Source: Candidatus Poribacteria bacterium (GTDB taxonomy: Bacteria; Poribacteria; WGA-4E; WGA-3G). From it: a stretch of DNA of 64,000 nt. The DNA lies in contig OZ244889.1 of the NCBI GenBank assembly GCA_965221425.1, forward strand, positions 2,843,854 through 2,907,853, read 5' to 3'. The translations under genes and the position numbers were made by a program. The notes under the pieces are model-generated. The model did no database searches. It was not told the DNA's origin and was given only the letters and a program-made list of their open reading frames with translations. Below are positions 26,767 to 36,172 of this stretch, one piece after another (the stretch's first letter is position 1; the number at the start of each line of letters is the position of its first letter).

Positions 26767-27780
26767 ATGCGCAGACTTCAAATAATCCTAAGTCTCAGCT
26801 TAATCTTGTTTTTTACAGCGGCTGCGGGTGCGAAAATCGTTTTTAGTTCCTCCCAAAACGGAAATACGAACATCTATATCATGAGTGATAACGGTAGTAG
26901 TATCAAGCAGATCCTTGCTCATCCAGAATCGAGTTTATCGCCAGGTTGGTCGCCAGACGGACAACAGATCGCTTTTCTGTGGGACACAGATCCGTCAGAC
27001 CGCTCCAATTACAACATCTTTATAATGAACGCTAATGGCACAAATGTCCAACAAATTACGCATAATAAAGCTGTGGGCAATCAGAAGTTAGCGTTTTCAC
27101 CGGATGGCAAAAAACTTCTCTTTAGTAGGAGGATAAACTCACATGGAGAAAGAGCCGGGCTTTACCTTGTAGATATTAAAACTGCTACCATCACGCAGAT
27201 TTCGGACATCAAAATGCGTGACGTTGATTGGTCGCCTGATGGAAAGCAAATTATATTTCTCAAAGAAGAATGGTGGTGGGAGGAACACAATCTTTGGATA
27301 ATGAATGCCGATGGCACAAACGCTCGCCCTTGGATACGTCTCAATAAAACTTTTTATCCCAGTAATGCAAGATGGTCACCAAATGGTCGACATATTCTGT
27401 ATACCGAATCCGACCTGCATTTCAAAATGGGAGGCGGTGGGGTTCGTCTGGCAGGCACTTACCGATATATGATACGTAAAGCGGACGGTGGCGCTCCACA
27501 GATGTTGGCTATTCCGAAAAATATGTGGCCTGGTTCTGTTGCCTGGATGAATAGAGGTAGATCGGTGCTTTTCAGTGCGATTGATTTCACGCATTGGGAC
27601 GATCCAAATCATTTTGATCAATTCTATCGGTATGATATTGCAACGAGGAAGATCAAGCAGTTGACGCATGATCCGGGTGATAAATGGAGTGCGGATTGGG
27701 TTGACGGTGCCCATTCCGTTTCGCCTGTAGGCAAGTATTCCGTGCGGTGGGGTGAACTTAAAAAGGCGTATTTAGATTAA
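26767..27780 (+). CDS. exported TolB-like (PD40) beta-propeller repeat protein
   Basis: AAGGAG lies 6 nt before ATG 26767. A signal peptide is followed by repeated WSPDGQQIAF / FSPDGKKLLF / WSPDGKQIIF / WSPNGRHILY units. Confidence 0.75.
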   Translation: MRRLQIILSLSLILFFTAAAGAKIVFSSSQNGNTNIYIMSDNGSSIKQILAHPESSLSPGWSPDGQQIAFLWDTDPSDRSNYNIFIMNANGTNVQQITHNKAVGNQKLAFSPDGKKLLFSRRINSHGERAGLYLVDIKTATITQISDIKMRDVDWSPDGKQIIFLKEEWWWEEHNLWIMNADGTNARPWIRLNKTFYPSNARWSPNGRHILYTESDLHFKMGGGGVRLAGTYRYMIRKADGGAPQMLAIPKNMWPGSVAWMNRGRSVLFSAIDFTHWDDPNHFDQFYRYDIATRKIKQLTHDPGDKWSADWVDGAHSVSPVGKYSVRWGELKKAYLD

Positions 27781-27810
27781 TATGACAGCGGAAAACAAGG
27801 AGGTATTATC

Positions 27811-28064
27811 ATGAAGAGGCTCATGTTGCTATTCACATTCACGGTCATTGGTCTTATGCTCACTGTTAATGCGTCAGCAAAAACTATCGTAACAGATGGA
27901 CTTGTGAGTTATTGGACTTTTGATCGAACCACTATTAACAATCGCACAGTAGAAGATGTTTGGGGTGAAAACGATGCAACGATTGTGGGAAATCCAAAAG
28001 TAGTCAGAGGATACTTAAAACAAGGACTGGCGTTAGATGGTGTTGGGGACTATGTGAGTTTACC
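27811..28064 (+). pseudogene. 5' fragment of a LamG/concanavalin-A-like lectin domain gene, truncated by repeat sequence
   Basis: A signal peptide followed by TDGLVSYWTFD...VWGENDATIVGNPKVV.GYLKQGLALDGVGDYVSLP is the usual start of exported LamG-domain proteins. From nt 28065 the reading frame enters the CATAGGCGTCAATTTA repeat module and nested hairpins, and no remainder of the domain follows. Confidence 0.5.
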
Positions 28065-28257
28065 CATAGGCGTCAATTTAAGGGGTAAATCCATTTGGCA
28101 GTGTCTTCAGTCCCGTAGGGACGATATGTTTATAGCTAAGCGTTCTACCCTTCTCTTTAGTCCCGTAGGGACGATATGTCCGTTTTTCTATGTCGTTCCT
28201 ACGGAACTCAAGAGAGGGGACACATTTTTTCTATAAACATATCGTCCCTACGGGACT
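28065..28257. repeat. repeat insertion with nested inverted repeats that truncates the LamG gene
   Basis: The CATAGGCGTCAATTTA module starts at 28065. There is a perfect 27-bp inverted repeat, AGTCCCGTAGGGACGATATGTTTATAG (28109-28135) with CTATAAACATATCGTCCCTACGGGACT (28231-28257). An inner imperfect hairpin spans 28159-28208. Confidence 0.75.
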
Positions 28258-28379
28258 AAATACAGGATAGTTTCAATCACCATGCGGATTGAGAAGCACT
28301 GATAGAATCATAAACGTTTTCTTAACTTTACACCCGCTGAATGCCAAAAGGCATTCATAGCGTTGATTTATGGGTATTC

Positions 28380-28500
28380 GCCATGATTCCCCGCCTCGCA
28401 AGCAGAGATGTGCACCTGCTGCTTGCGAGGCTTCCTAACCGAACCTATGTAGAATCGTGCGGTTAGAAACCGCACCTACCAGGGAGTGTAAATATATTTT
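28380..28500. repeat. mosaic of hairpin modules (GCAGAGATGTGCACCTGCTGC, CTTCCTAACCGAACC, GTGCGGTTAGAAACCGCACCTACCAGGG)
   Basis: Modules are shared with 43780-43850 (reverse complement) and with the GGTTAGGAAACC family. Confidence 0.65.
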
Positions 28501-28596
28501 GGATTTCACTTGTAAAATTGTATCTGTCCTATCCAACTTTCCGTTTTTTATATCAAAGTCTATCTAAGTGAAAGTTCTACATATCAGGGATTATAG

Positions 28597-29868
28597 TTGT
28601 CTAACAAAGAAGAAGCTACCACAAAACAGGAAAAACTTGTCGGTTATTTTGAACTTCTCCTCACGAATTCAAACTTTCGTTGGCTTTGGGCAGGACAAGT
28701 TGTCAGTCTCTTGGGCGATTGGTTTAATATCATCGCGTCTGCTATCCTGATTCACAACCTCACTGAATCGGGATTAGCATTAGGGGTGTTGTTTACGATA
28801 CGGATGCTTGCCCCTTTCTTTGTAGCACCGCTTGCTGGAATATGTGCGGATCGCTTTAACCGTAAGCGTATCTTAATCATCACCGACATCATCCGAGGGT
28901 TACTCCTTTTCGGTTTTCTCTTTGTTAAAACCGAAAAGGATATTTGGCTTCTCTATGTCCTCACGATGCTTTTATTTGCTGTAAGTGGTTTTTTCAGTCC
29001 AGCACGAAGTGCCATACTCCCTGATATTACCACACGTCGCGAGCTTGGCACAGCCAATGCGTTGAGTGCTACAACTTGGTCTGTGATGCTTGCGCTTGGT
29101 GCCGCTATTGGTGGATTTACAGCAGGACTTTTTGGGGTACATACTGCCTTTATAATAGATGGATTCACCTTTTTTGTGTCAGCTGGAATTCTGCAACAGA
29201 TTAAACTGCCAATCCGTTTTACTGCTACAACAGAGATTCGGGGAGGTTCAAAGTGGACAACACTTCGTTATATGTTGCGGTATCCCGATATATTCTTTAT
29301 ATCGCTACATAAAGCTGCCATAGCACTTCTTTTGTCTTCTGGATTTATGGTGGCACAGGTAAAAATCGCAAAAGATATCTTCGTTATTGGCATTGACGGG
29401 GCAATCAGTTTAGGTGTGATGTATTGCATGGGTGGTGTTGGCAGTGGTATAGGCCCCATTGTTGCAAGATATTGGACAGGTGACCGTGACAAACCGCTTC
29501 GGCGGAGTATTAGTCTCGGTTATTTGATTGGATCAGTTGGACTCGCGATTGCTGCACCGCTTTTGAATCTACCAATTGTAGTTCTTGGTGGTTTTGTGCG
29601 GAGTGTTGGTGGGGGAATCGCTTGGGTATTTTCAACACAACTGCTCCTTCAAGGTGCGCCTAATGAGATTCGGGGGCGTATCTTTGGCACGGAGTTTGCG
29701 CTTTTCACACTTATGGGCGGTATCGCTACAGCGACTGTCGGTGCAATGCTGGATATATTTGGCGTGCAGGCTGTCCTGTGGGGAATGACTGCCCTTCCGC
29801 TGATTCCAGCAGTACTATGGTGGCTCTGGCAGGCACGACACACTTCTTCAGAAGCGGGAAAACGATGA
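28597..29868 (+). CDS. MFS transporter (MFS_3/EntS-like)
   Basis: TTG start. FRWLWAGQVVSLLGDWFN and GICADRFNRKRIL are typical of this family, and there are about 12 TM helices. Confidence 0.75.
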   Translation: MSNKEEATTKQEKLVGYFELLLTNSNFRWLWAGQVVSLLGDWFNIIASAILIHNLTESGLALGVLFTIRMLAPFFVAPLAGICADRFNRKRILIITDIIRGLLLFGFLFVKTEKDIWLLYVLTMLLFAVSGFFSPARSAILPDITTRRELGTANALSATTWSVMLALGAAIGGFTAGLFGVHTAFIIDGFTFFVSAGILQQIKLPIRFTATTEIRGGSKWTTLRYMLRYPDIFFISLHKAAIALLLSSGFMVAQVKIAKDIFVIGIDGAISLGVMYCMGGVGSGIGPIVARYWTGDRDKPLRRSISLGYLIGSVGLAIAAPLLNLPIVVLGGFVRSVGGGIAWVFSTQLLLQGAPNEIRGRIFGTEFALFTLMGGIATATVGAMLDIFGVQAVLWGMTALPLIPAVLWWLWQARHTSSEAGKR

Positions 29869-31461
29869 AGGTTTTTCTTGCACAACAGGAATAACATAAC
29901 TCCGAATCGTCGTTCCTTCTAATGTCTCTGTTTCAACGCGCGCCTCTGGATTCGTGCGGTGATCAAACACGACATAGTACCCCTCATCAGCTTTTTCTGA
30001 TTTGAGATACGCTACAAGCTGCTTTTTACCTGCTTGATAATACTTTTCCCCTTCCCATATTTTAGTTTCAACAATGTATTTTCGGGTGTTGTGAATAATG
30101 AGAAGGTCTATTCTCCCACGTCCCGTTTGCACTTCAAGAAACATATCCGCGCGGACAATACGGATAAAGTGATCGAGATAGGCGTATAGCAGGTTTTGTC
30201 CAACATATTCCTGTGGCGTTTCTGGCACTTCCAATATCCGAAAACCTGCGCGGGCGATAAAATCCTTGAAGTTGTCAAGTAGTGCTTCCAGTTCAATTGC
30301 ACCGGACGGTGAAATGTAATCAATAAAATCTTTATCACTGTCTTCCGGAAAATACGTCTCCTCCAATCCATTTACTAACGGTTTAAATGCTTGCATGATT
30401 CGGTGTTGATAAATCGGATTGACGATTTCACACATTCTGTCATCGCCCTTTTTAATTACGCCATACATAACAAGTTCATTGATGATTTCGTTATCAAGTG
30501 TGAACGGCAGTCCTCTTTCATAAGAGGTAATTCGCATGATTAGTTTTTCAAACCGTCGGTCTCTACGAACATTTGTTAGGAGGTGCAGGATGTTGGTATT
30601 CTGCTCTTCAAGCATCTGTTCATGGGCAGTTAAAAAGTGTTCCATCCGTATCGTTTCTGTTTTCGGGACGTCTAATTCCTCTGTGAGAATCTGCGCAAAA
30701 CGGTTGACAAGGAACGGTTGTCCGGCAGTCTGTTTATGGAGTGTAAAGATGACTTCTGAGTCGAACGTTTGCCCAACTTCATCGGTATATTGTGAAAGTA
30801 ATTCGTCTACTTGTTGCAAACTGAAATTCTGTAGGTTGAATTCATCTTGGATATTGAAAGGTGAGACTGATCGATCATAGTTAAGTTGCATAATGCTCTT
30901 AACCCCGACAATGCAAACACTGTGCGGGCATTGGAGTTCGTCAGATAAATAGATACGGCGGAGCGAATGAAGAAAATCACTTACAACGGATTGTGGAATG
31001 CCATCAAATTCGTCAATGATGAGAACGACCTTCTGTCCAATTTCATGTTGATTGTTAAGAAAACTTGCACATTGTTCAAAAAATTCCATCATTGAAACGT
31101 GGTTAGTTATTTGGGTAGTCTCCGAGAATTGAGTTAAACACTCAGAAGAACGTCCGCGTTTCTGAAAAACCACCTCAATTTCTTTGCAGATGCTATTGTG
31201 GAGGTCTTTATAAAAATCGGAAGGCGTAAGATTTCTGTAGGGTTCAAAGTTCAATTGGATCGGAAAATAGGTTGGGTCTTCAAGTGTGAGAGTCTCCATA
31301 GAAAATCGGAAAAAGGTAGTTTTACCAGTTTGGCGCGGTGCAAAGAGGACAATGTAGCGCCCCTCTTTGATGCGATAGATAAAATCCTTAATTTCTTCAG
31401 TACGCGGCACAATATAGTGCTTGTCCGGATAAACGCGTCCTCGGGTTCCAAAACTTCTCAT
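29848..31461 (-). CDS. AAA-like ATPase with a C-terminal PD-(D/E)XK nuclease-like domain
   Basis: Walker A is FAPRQTGKTT and Walker B is VVLIIDEFD. The C-terminus GRGRIDLLIIHNTRKYIVETKIW matches the D...ExK pattern of PDDEXK-type tails on archaeal-type ATPases. Confidence 0.65.
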   Translation of the reverse strand: MRSFGTRGRVYPDKHYIVPRTEEIKDFIYRIKEGRYIVLFAPRQTGKTTFFRFSMETLTLEDPTYFPIQLNFEPYRNLTPSDFYKDLHNSICKEIEVVFQKRGRSSECLTQFSETTQITNHVSMMEFFEQCASFLNNQHEIGQKVVLIIDEFDGIPQSVVSDFLHSLRRIYLSDELQCPHSVCIVGVKSIMQLNYDRSVSPFNIQDEFNLQNFSLQQVDELLSQYTDEVGQTFDSEVIFTLHKQTAGQPFLVNRFAQILTEELDVPKTETIRMEHFLTAHEQMLEEQNTNILHLLTNVRRDRRFEKLIMRITSYERGLPFTLDNEIINELVMYGVIKKGDDRMCEIVNPIYQHRIMQAFKPLVNGLEETYFPEDSDKDFIDYISPSGAIELEALLDNFKDFIARAGFRILEVPETPQEYVGQNLLYAYLDHFIRIVRADMFLEVQTGRGRIDLLIIHNTRKYIVETKIWEGEKYYQAGKKQLVAYLKSEKADEGYYVVFDHRTNPEARVETETLEGTTIRSYVIPVVQEKPSSFSRF

Positions 31462-31505
31462 TTTTCACCTTGATTATGAAATCGTTTTCGCTACACAGAA
31501 ATATC

Positions 31506-31578
31506 TATAGTGGATTTTACAATTATCTAATTATCTGGGCATCATGAATCGGCGAGGTTAGGAAACCTCGCCTACCGG
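31506..31578 (+). repeat. left half of the MITE-like element
   Basis: TATAGTGGATTTTACAATTATC...GGCGAGGTTAGGAAACCTCGCCTACCGG. Confidence 0.6.
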
Positions 31579-31617
31579 TGGATGTGTTTGCAGAAGGAGT
31601 ATCTATTCTACCGTACT

Positions 31618-32352
31618 CTATTCATCCTCGTCTTCAGAATAGGAATGTCCGCTGAAGATTGCTCGAACCTGTTTTGCTGTTTTTGGGCCTGATAGCAACT
31701 GTCCAATTCGGTCACCTTCCTCTTTCAGCAAAGCCTTGACATTTGTTAACACCGCTTCCAACTTATCCCCTGGAAATTTACATGCGCCGTTCTCATCCAT
31801 ATGGATAATCTCACCCGGTGCCACATCCATGCCTGCTATGGAGACAGGAACATTGACAGCTTGGACTGCCATTGCCCCGTGTCCGGGCGAAACCCCACTC
31901 AACAGATACTGAAATTCCATCGGACGGATTTCATCAATGTCTCGTGAAGGTCCATCTGAAATTACGCCTAAACACCCTAAAGACTTCATTGCAGCTGTCA
32001 TGTTACCGCCCGCTAATCCCACTTTATTCGCTAATTCCGGTGGAAATTTTTGCTCCAATGCTAAAATTGTCGGTTTTTTAGATGCATCTAACGCATCAAC
32101 CACGTCCATAAAAGAGAGTTCGGAATAATTCGGATCGGGTAAACCGTAGACACACGTCACCGCATACCCTGCCATTGCTCCTAACTCAGGATACATACAA
32201 CGGATAGTGGTGTCTGTATACCAGTTTTCTGTCCACGGGTTGTAAAGCCCAAGGCAAAGCGGATTTCCCGGGTAGGTGGCTACCACATTTGTGATTGATG
32301 GCGTATCGTATTTACGCAATTCTGCTAACATTTCTTGTTCGGTTAATGCCAT
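31618..32352 (-). CDS. RraA-family protein (HMG/CHA aldolase / oxaloacetate decarboxylase-like)
   Basis: I prefer the start MALTEQ at 32352, which has a GAGGTG RBS. GGNMTAAMKSLGCLGVISDGPSRDIDEI and GEIIHMDENGA resemble the RraA-fold signature blocks. Confidence 0.65.
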   Translation of the reverse strand: MALTEQEMLAELRKYDTPSITNVVATYPGNPLCLGLYNPWTENWYTDTTIRCMYPELGAMAGYAVTCVYGLPDPNYSELSFMDVVDALDASKKPTILALEQKFPPELANKVGLAGGNMTAAMKSLGCLGVISDGPSRDIDEIRPMEFQYLLSGVSPGHGAMAVQAVNVPVSIAGMDVAPGEIIHMDENGACKFPGDKLEAVLTNVKALLKEEGDRIGQLLSGPKTAKQVRAIFSGHSYSEDEDE

Positions 32353-32387
32353 AGTGCACCTCATTTTAGAAGGATTTTCCAAGTCAA

Positions 32388-33266
32388 TTAGACAGGCATT
32401 GTTCTACCTGCATAAGCGCGGCCAATACGCGCAGTTTGTTCGCCTGAACCACAAATTCTCACACCAGCATTAATGCTTGCTTCAATCGTCTCTGGCGATG
32501 CGCTTTCCAAAAACTTTAATCCTGCCGATTCGCACGCTGCAAATACGCGATCTCTCGCGTCTTGTAATTCCTGTGGGCGTGGATTCGGTATATGTTTATA
32601 GCCAAACGACATGCTCATATCACCCGGCCCCCATTCTGCAAAAGCGATTCCCGGCACCCGAGCAGTCATTTCAACGTTGGCTAATGCGCGCTTATTTTCA
32701 AACTTCAAACCGAGGAGCAGTTCACCGTTAGGGTTCAACGGCCAAGGGTCAGCGGTATCAAGGTATTGGTCAACGGAAACACCCCAGATATGTGAGGCAG
32801 GTCCCTGCCCGGCAGAACCGCGTCTACCGACATCCAGTTGCGTTCCTACCCCGATTGTTTGGAATGGATAGCGGCACGCTTCTACAAAAGCTTTGACAGC
32901 CTCCGGTGATTCTGCGTGGCAGAGCAATAGGCCATGCACACCGCGTGCAAGGAGTTGGCGCATCTGCCATCCGTTCGCGCGAATCACATCGGCACTTACG
33001 CCATCTACCGGCAACTCAACGATCACTGCCGGTGTTTTGTGTCCGCTATTGGTGGGACCGCCGTCTGCAAGTCCGCGCATGTAGCTATCTAATCCGGACA
33101 GATCAAAACAACCGTGCTCCATACCGATGTTGATATAGTCAGCCCATGTTTTTGCTATCTCACGACCTGCATCATAATTCAGGTCCGAGGTTGTATGACT
33201 TCCTGTATAGAAAACTGGCTGATCTGCTTCTAATAATTCAATTGCTTTATTAACCCTTTTGGGCAT
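32388..33266 (-). CDS. HpcH/HpaI-family aldolase
   Basis: I prefer the start MPKRVNKAIELL at 33266, which has a GGAG RBS. The length and the central VHGLLLCHAESPE and FAEWGPGDMS blocks fit class II pyruvate aldolases. Confidence 0.6.
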   Translation of the reverse strand: MPKRVNKAIELLEADQPVFYTGSHTTSDLNYDAGREIAKTWADYINIGMEHGCFDLSGLDSYMRGLADGGPTNSGHKTPAVIVELPVDGVSADVIRANGWQMRQLLARGVHGLLLCHAESPEAVKAFVEACRYPFQTIGVGTQLDVGRRGSAGQGPASHIWGVSVDQYLDTADPWPLNPNGELLLGLKFENKRALANVEMTARVPGIAFAEWGPGDMSMSFGYKHIPNPRPQELQDARDRVFAACESAGLKFLESASPETIEASINAGVRICGSGEQTARIGRAYAGRTMPV

Positions 33267-33504
33267 TGCGATGCTCCTTCTAAAGCCCCGTAAAAAATTT
33301 TGATTAACAGGGAACATATCTATAGTTGCTTTATGAACTTTATCTTATAGTAGAGTTTCACAATCTGTCAACAGAATTTTGCGATTGTTCTTTGACATTT
33401 CCAAAGCACTTGACAATTTTGCAGGAATAGGATAAGTTAATAAATAGGGTAAGTTAATAGAGGTGAAGTATGCATCATTTTTCTACTTATCCACATCTTC
33501 TATT

Positions 33505-33575
33505 ATATGGTAGATTTTAGAGTTATTTGGACACTTTGCACCAGCGAGGTTAGGAAACCGAACCTACCGAGGGTG
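33505..33575 (+). repeat. mosaic repeat (TAGATTTTAGAGTTATTTGGACA + GAGGTTAGGAAACCGAACCTACCGAGGGTG)
   Basis: A direct repeat of 33769-33838 and 21755-21820. Confidence 0.7.
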
Positions 33576-33768
33576 AAAGTGTATAATTATTTTTATAATT
33601 TACCATACCTACGTGGAGTATCTACAGTATCTACCGAAATTTTGCGGGTAAAGGTCGCAATTCGGAGATCGCTCCTACCGATGGACTACTTATGGTAGAA
33701 GGGAACTTCGATTTCCGACTACTGACACGACCCGCAATTTTAGTGTAGGCAGAACACTAGCTCACCCA

Positions 33769-33905
33769 ATATAGTAGACTTTAGAATTAATTGGACATTA
33801 TGTTCGGTTCGGTTTCCTAACCGAACCTACCGAGGGTGTTGTAGCACAAACTAACAGTTTGTACTACAGAAGTGTCTCATTAATTATAGATTTTACTATA
33901 TAACC
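33769..33905 (+). repeat. mosaic repeat: hairpin + GTAGCACAAACTAACAGTTTGTACTACAG palindrome + GTGTCTCATTAATTATAGATTTTACTATA end
   Basis: It shares modules with 21755-21880 and 51933-52021. Confidence 0.75.
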
Positions 33906-34023
33906 GTATTAATACCGTTTTAACGTTGACAGTTGATTTTATCTTTGCTAATTTTAAAATAGAGAAAATAAACCCCGCAGAAATTTGTTTTTAAAGTGAG
34001 AGATAACTTAGCGAATAATCGTT

Positions 34024-36000
34024 ATGAAGATTAACGAATTGATATTAGGTAAATATAGGTTGCTTGAGTATCTCAGTTCAGGCAGCTTTTCGTCTGTTTT
34101 TCGTGCGCGCGAAGAGATGACGGACCGCATCGTTGCGATCAAAGCACTTTCCAAAGATGCTTATCCAGCGGACAGAATGCGCTATCTTTCAACCGAACTT
34201 AAAGCAATGTCAGATATATGGGGACATCCTAATATCGTCTCGATCCATACTGTTGAACCTGGGAAAGATAACTGCCTTGCCTGGATAGTTATGGAATATA
34301 TTGATGGAGATAATCTACATCAACTCGTTCAACAAGGCGACTTAACCTTAAACGATGTGCTAAATATTGGTTTGGATATCTGCAACGGTTTAAAAGCTGT
34401 ACACGCCCATAATATCCTACACCGTGATATTAAGCCCCAAAATATTTTACTCACGCCGGAGAAAGAAGCAAAAATTGCGGATTTCAGTATCGCACGCATT
34501 TTGGGGGAATCAACCGAATTCGCTGGAACCATGACCGGCACCCGCCGCTACATGGCACCAGAACAGCATTATGGGGCTTATGATTTTCGCGCTGATTTGT
34601 ATGCTACGGGTTTAGTTCTTTATGAAGCACTCACAAAACAATTTCCTTTTTCGGGTGAAGTCGATGTAATTGATAGAAAGAAAGCATCGGGTGAAATAGA
34701 GAACCTCGAAAAATGCCCAGAGGAATTCCGGAATTTTTCGCTAAAAGCACTCCATCGAGATGTTGATAAACGTTACCAAACAGCATCTGAAATGTACGAA
34801 GAACTTGACCGCATTCGCCGCTGGCAATACGAACAACAAGCCTCTGTCCTTATTGCAGAAAGCGCTAATTCCCCTGCAACTGAACTCGCAAGTGCACTCG
34901 AACGTTGTCGAAAGACCTTCCGATTAGAAATTGATGTTGCCGAATTCATTAACCAAAACCTCTTCTTTGAGATGCGCAGCAAAGACGAGAAGGAAAACCG
35001 CGAACGTGTTAAGATACGACTGAGGCAACACTATACCGAAGCGATTAAGTACCTACGGAACGAAAACATAGAGAACGCACTTCAAGAACTCCATAAGGCA
35101 CATAACCTCTGTTTACAGGATGCAGAACTCATTGCACAAGCAGACGCCCTCTTCAAGGAAGTGAGCACAGCAACATCACTACCGAATGCTTCAACAGTTC
35201 AGGATATTGCTGCACTGATTGAGAAACTCTCTGAAACAGAAAAAACAGACCTATTTGATACATTAAACACATCGGAAACCCAGACTGAACCTGAAGTTTC
35301 CCAGGAAACCCCCGAAGTTTACCATACGGAATTAAATACAATTTCTTTCCCTAAAACTGAGGCACAACAGGTAAATAATTACCGTGTCTTAATAGAAGAA
35401 GCTTCACCTGAATTTTTATTAGATAAAGTTCATGCAGACATACAATATCCACATGAGGAAGAAGCAGCGTATATCTATCAACAAGCCCAAATTTTTATGC
35501 AACAAGAAAACGTCCGCGGATGTCTTGGGCAGTATAAAAGACTTGGGGCTTTTTATTACAGGCACGCCAGACGGTTCATTCGGATGGACGAAATAGAACT
35601 CGTCGCGAATTGTTATACACGCGCGCGATTTGCTTACGCAGCAGCTCAAAAGCAACGGAACGCACGAAAAAACGCAAGAAATGGAGCCGCATACTACGTT
35701 CATCTTGCACGACAATTAGAAATGCAACGCTCCTGGATGGAAGCTGGTATGTCATACATCTTCGCTGCCGACAATTACCGTTTTGCCCAGCTGAGTTTGG
35801 ATGTTGAAAAGTGTGAATCTTCCGCGACTGTTTGCTATTTCAATGCTGCTGAAAGCGCACATCTCATCGGTGATCTTCAAACCGCTTATGAGTATTATAT
35901 GTTAATTTTATCTATCGGTGAGAAATTGCAAAATCCGCCGAGAGCGGTAATTGAGGCACAAAAATTGCTTGAAGAAATTCGGAAAGGCAGTGACAAGTAG
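34024..36000 (+). CDS. Hanks-type Ser/Thr protein kinase with a long C-terminal helical (TPR-like) domain
   Basis: GSFSSVF...VAIK, HRDIKPQNILL, a DFS variant of DFG, and TRRYMAPE. There is no TM helix. Confidence 0.85.
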   Translation: MKINELILGKYRLLEYLSSGSFSSVFRAREEMTDRIVAIKALSKDAYPADRMRYLSTELKAMSDIWGHPNIVSIHTVEPGKDNCLAWIVMEYIDGDNLHQLVQQGDLTLNDVLNIGLDICNGLKAVHAHNILHRDIKPQNILLTPEKEAKIADFSIARILGESTEFAGTMTGTRRYMAPEQHYGAYDFRADLYATGLVLYEALTKQFPFSGEVDVIDRKKASGEIENLEKCPEEFRNFSLKALHRDVDKRYQTASEMYEELDRIRRWQYEQQASVLIAESANSPATELASALERCRKTFRLEIDVAEFINQNLFFEMRSKDEKENRERVKIRLRQHYTEAIKYLRNENIENALQELHKAHNLCLQDAELIAQADALFKEVSTATSLPNASTVQDIAALIEKLSETEKTDLFDTLNTSETQTEPEVSQETPEVYHTELNTISFPKTEAQQVNNYRVLIEEASPEFLLDKVHADIQYPHEEEAAYIYQQAQIFMQQENVRGCLGQYKRLGAFYYRHARRFIRMDEIELVANCYTRARFAYAAAQKQRNARKNARNGAAYYVHLARQLEMQRSWMEAGMSYIFAADNYRFAQLSLDVEKCESSATVCYFNAAESAHLIGDLQTAYEYYMLILSIGEKLQNPPRAVIEAQKLLEEIRKGSDK

Positions 36001-36172
36001 TTTTATGGTGAATTATCAAATCAGTAGACAGTCCAGTGAACTACGTACCGAAACATATTCTCTGGTAGGCGCGGTTTCCTAATCTCGTTTATTCAGAGTG
36101 TCCGGTTAATTCTAAAATTTTCATAAGGTTTATGTATTTAATTTCTGTCTTATAGTAAAGTAAGGAGAACTA

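Noticed and set aside
27811-28236. The full 141-aa ORF as an intact gene.
   Set aside because: Beyond nt 28064 the frame merely reads through repeat modules and hairpins, giving IGVNLRGKSIWQCLQSRRDDMFIAKRSTLLFSPVGTICPFFYVVPTELKRG.
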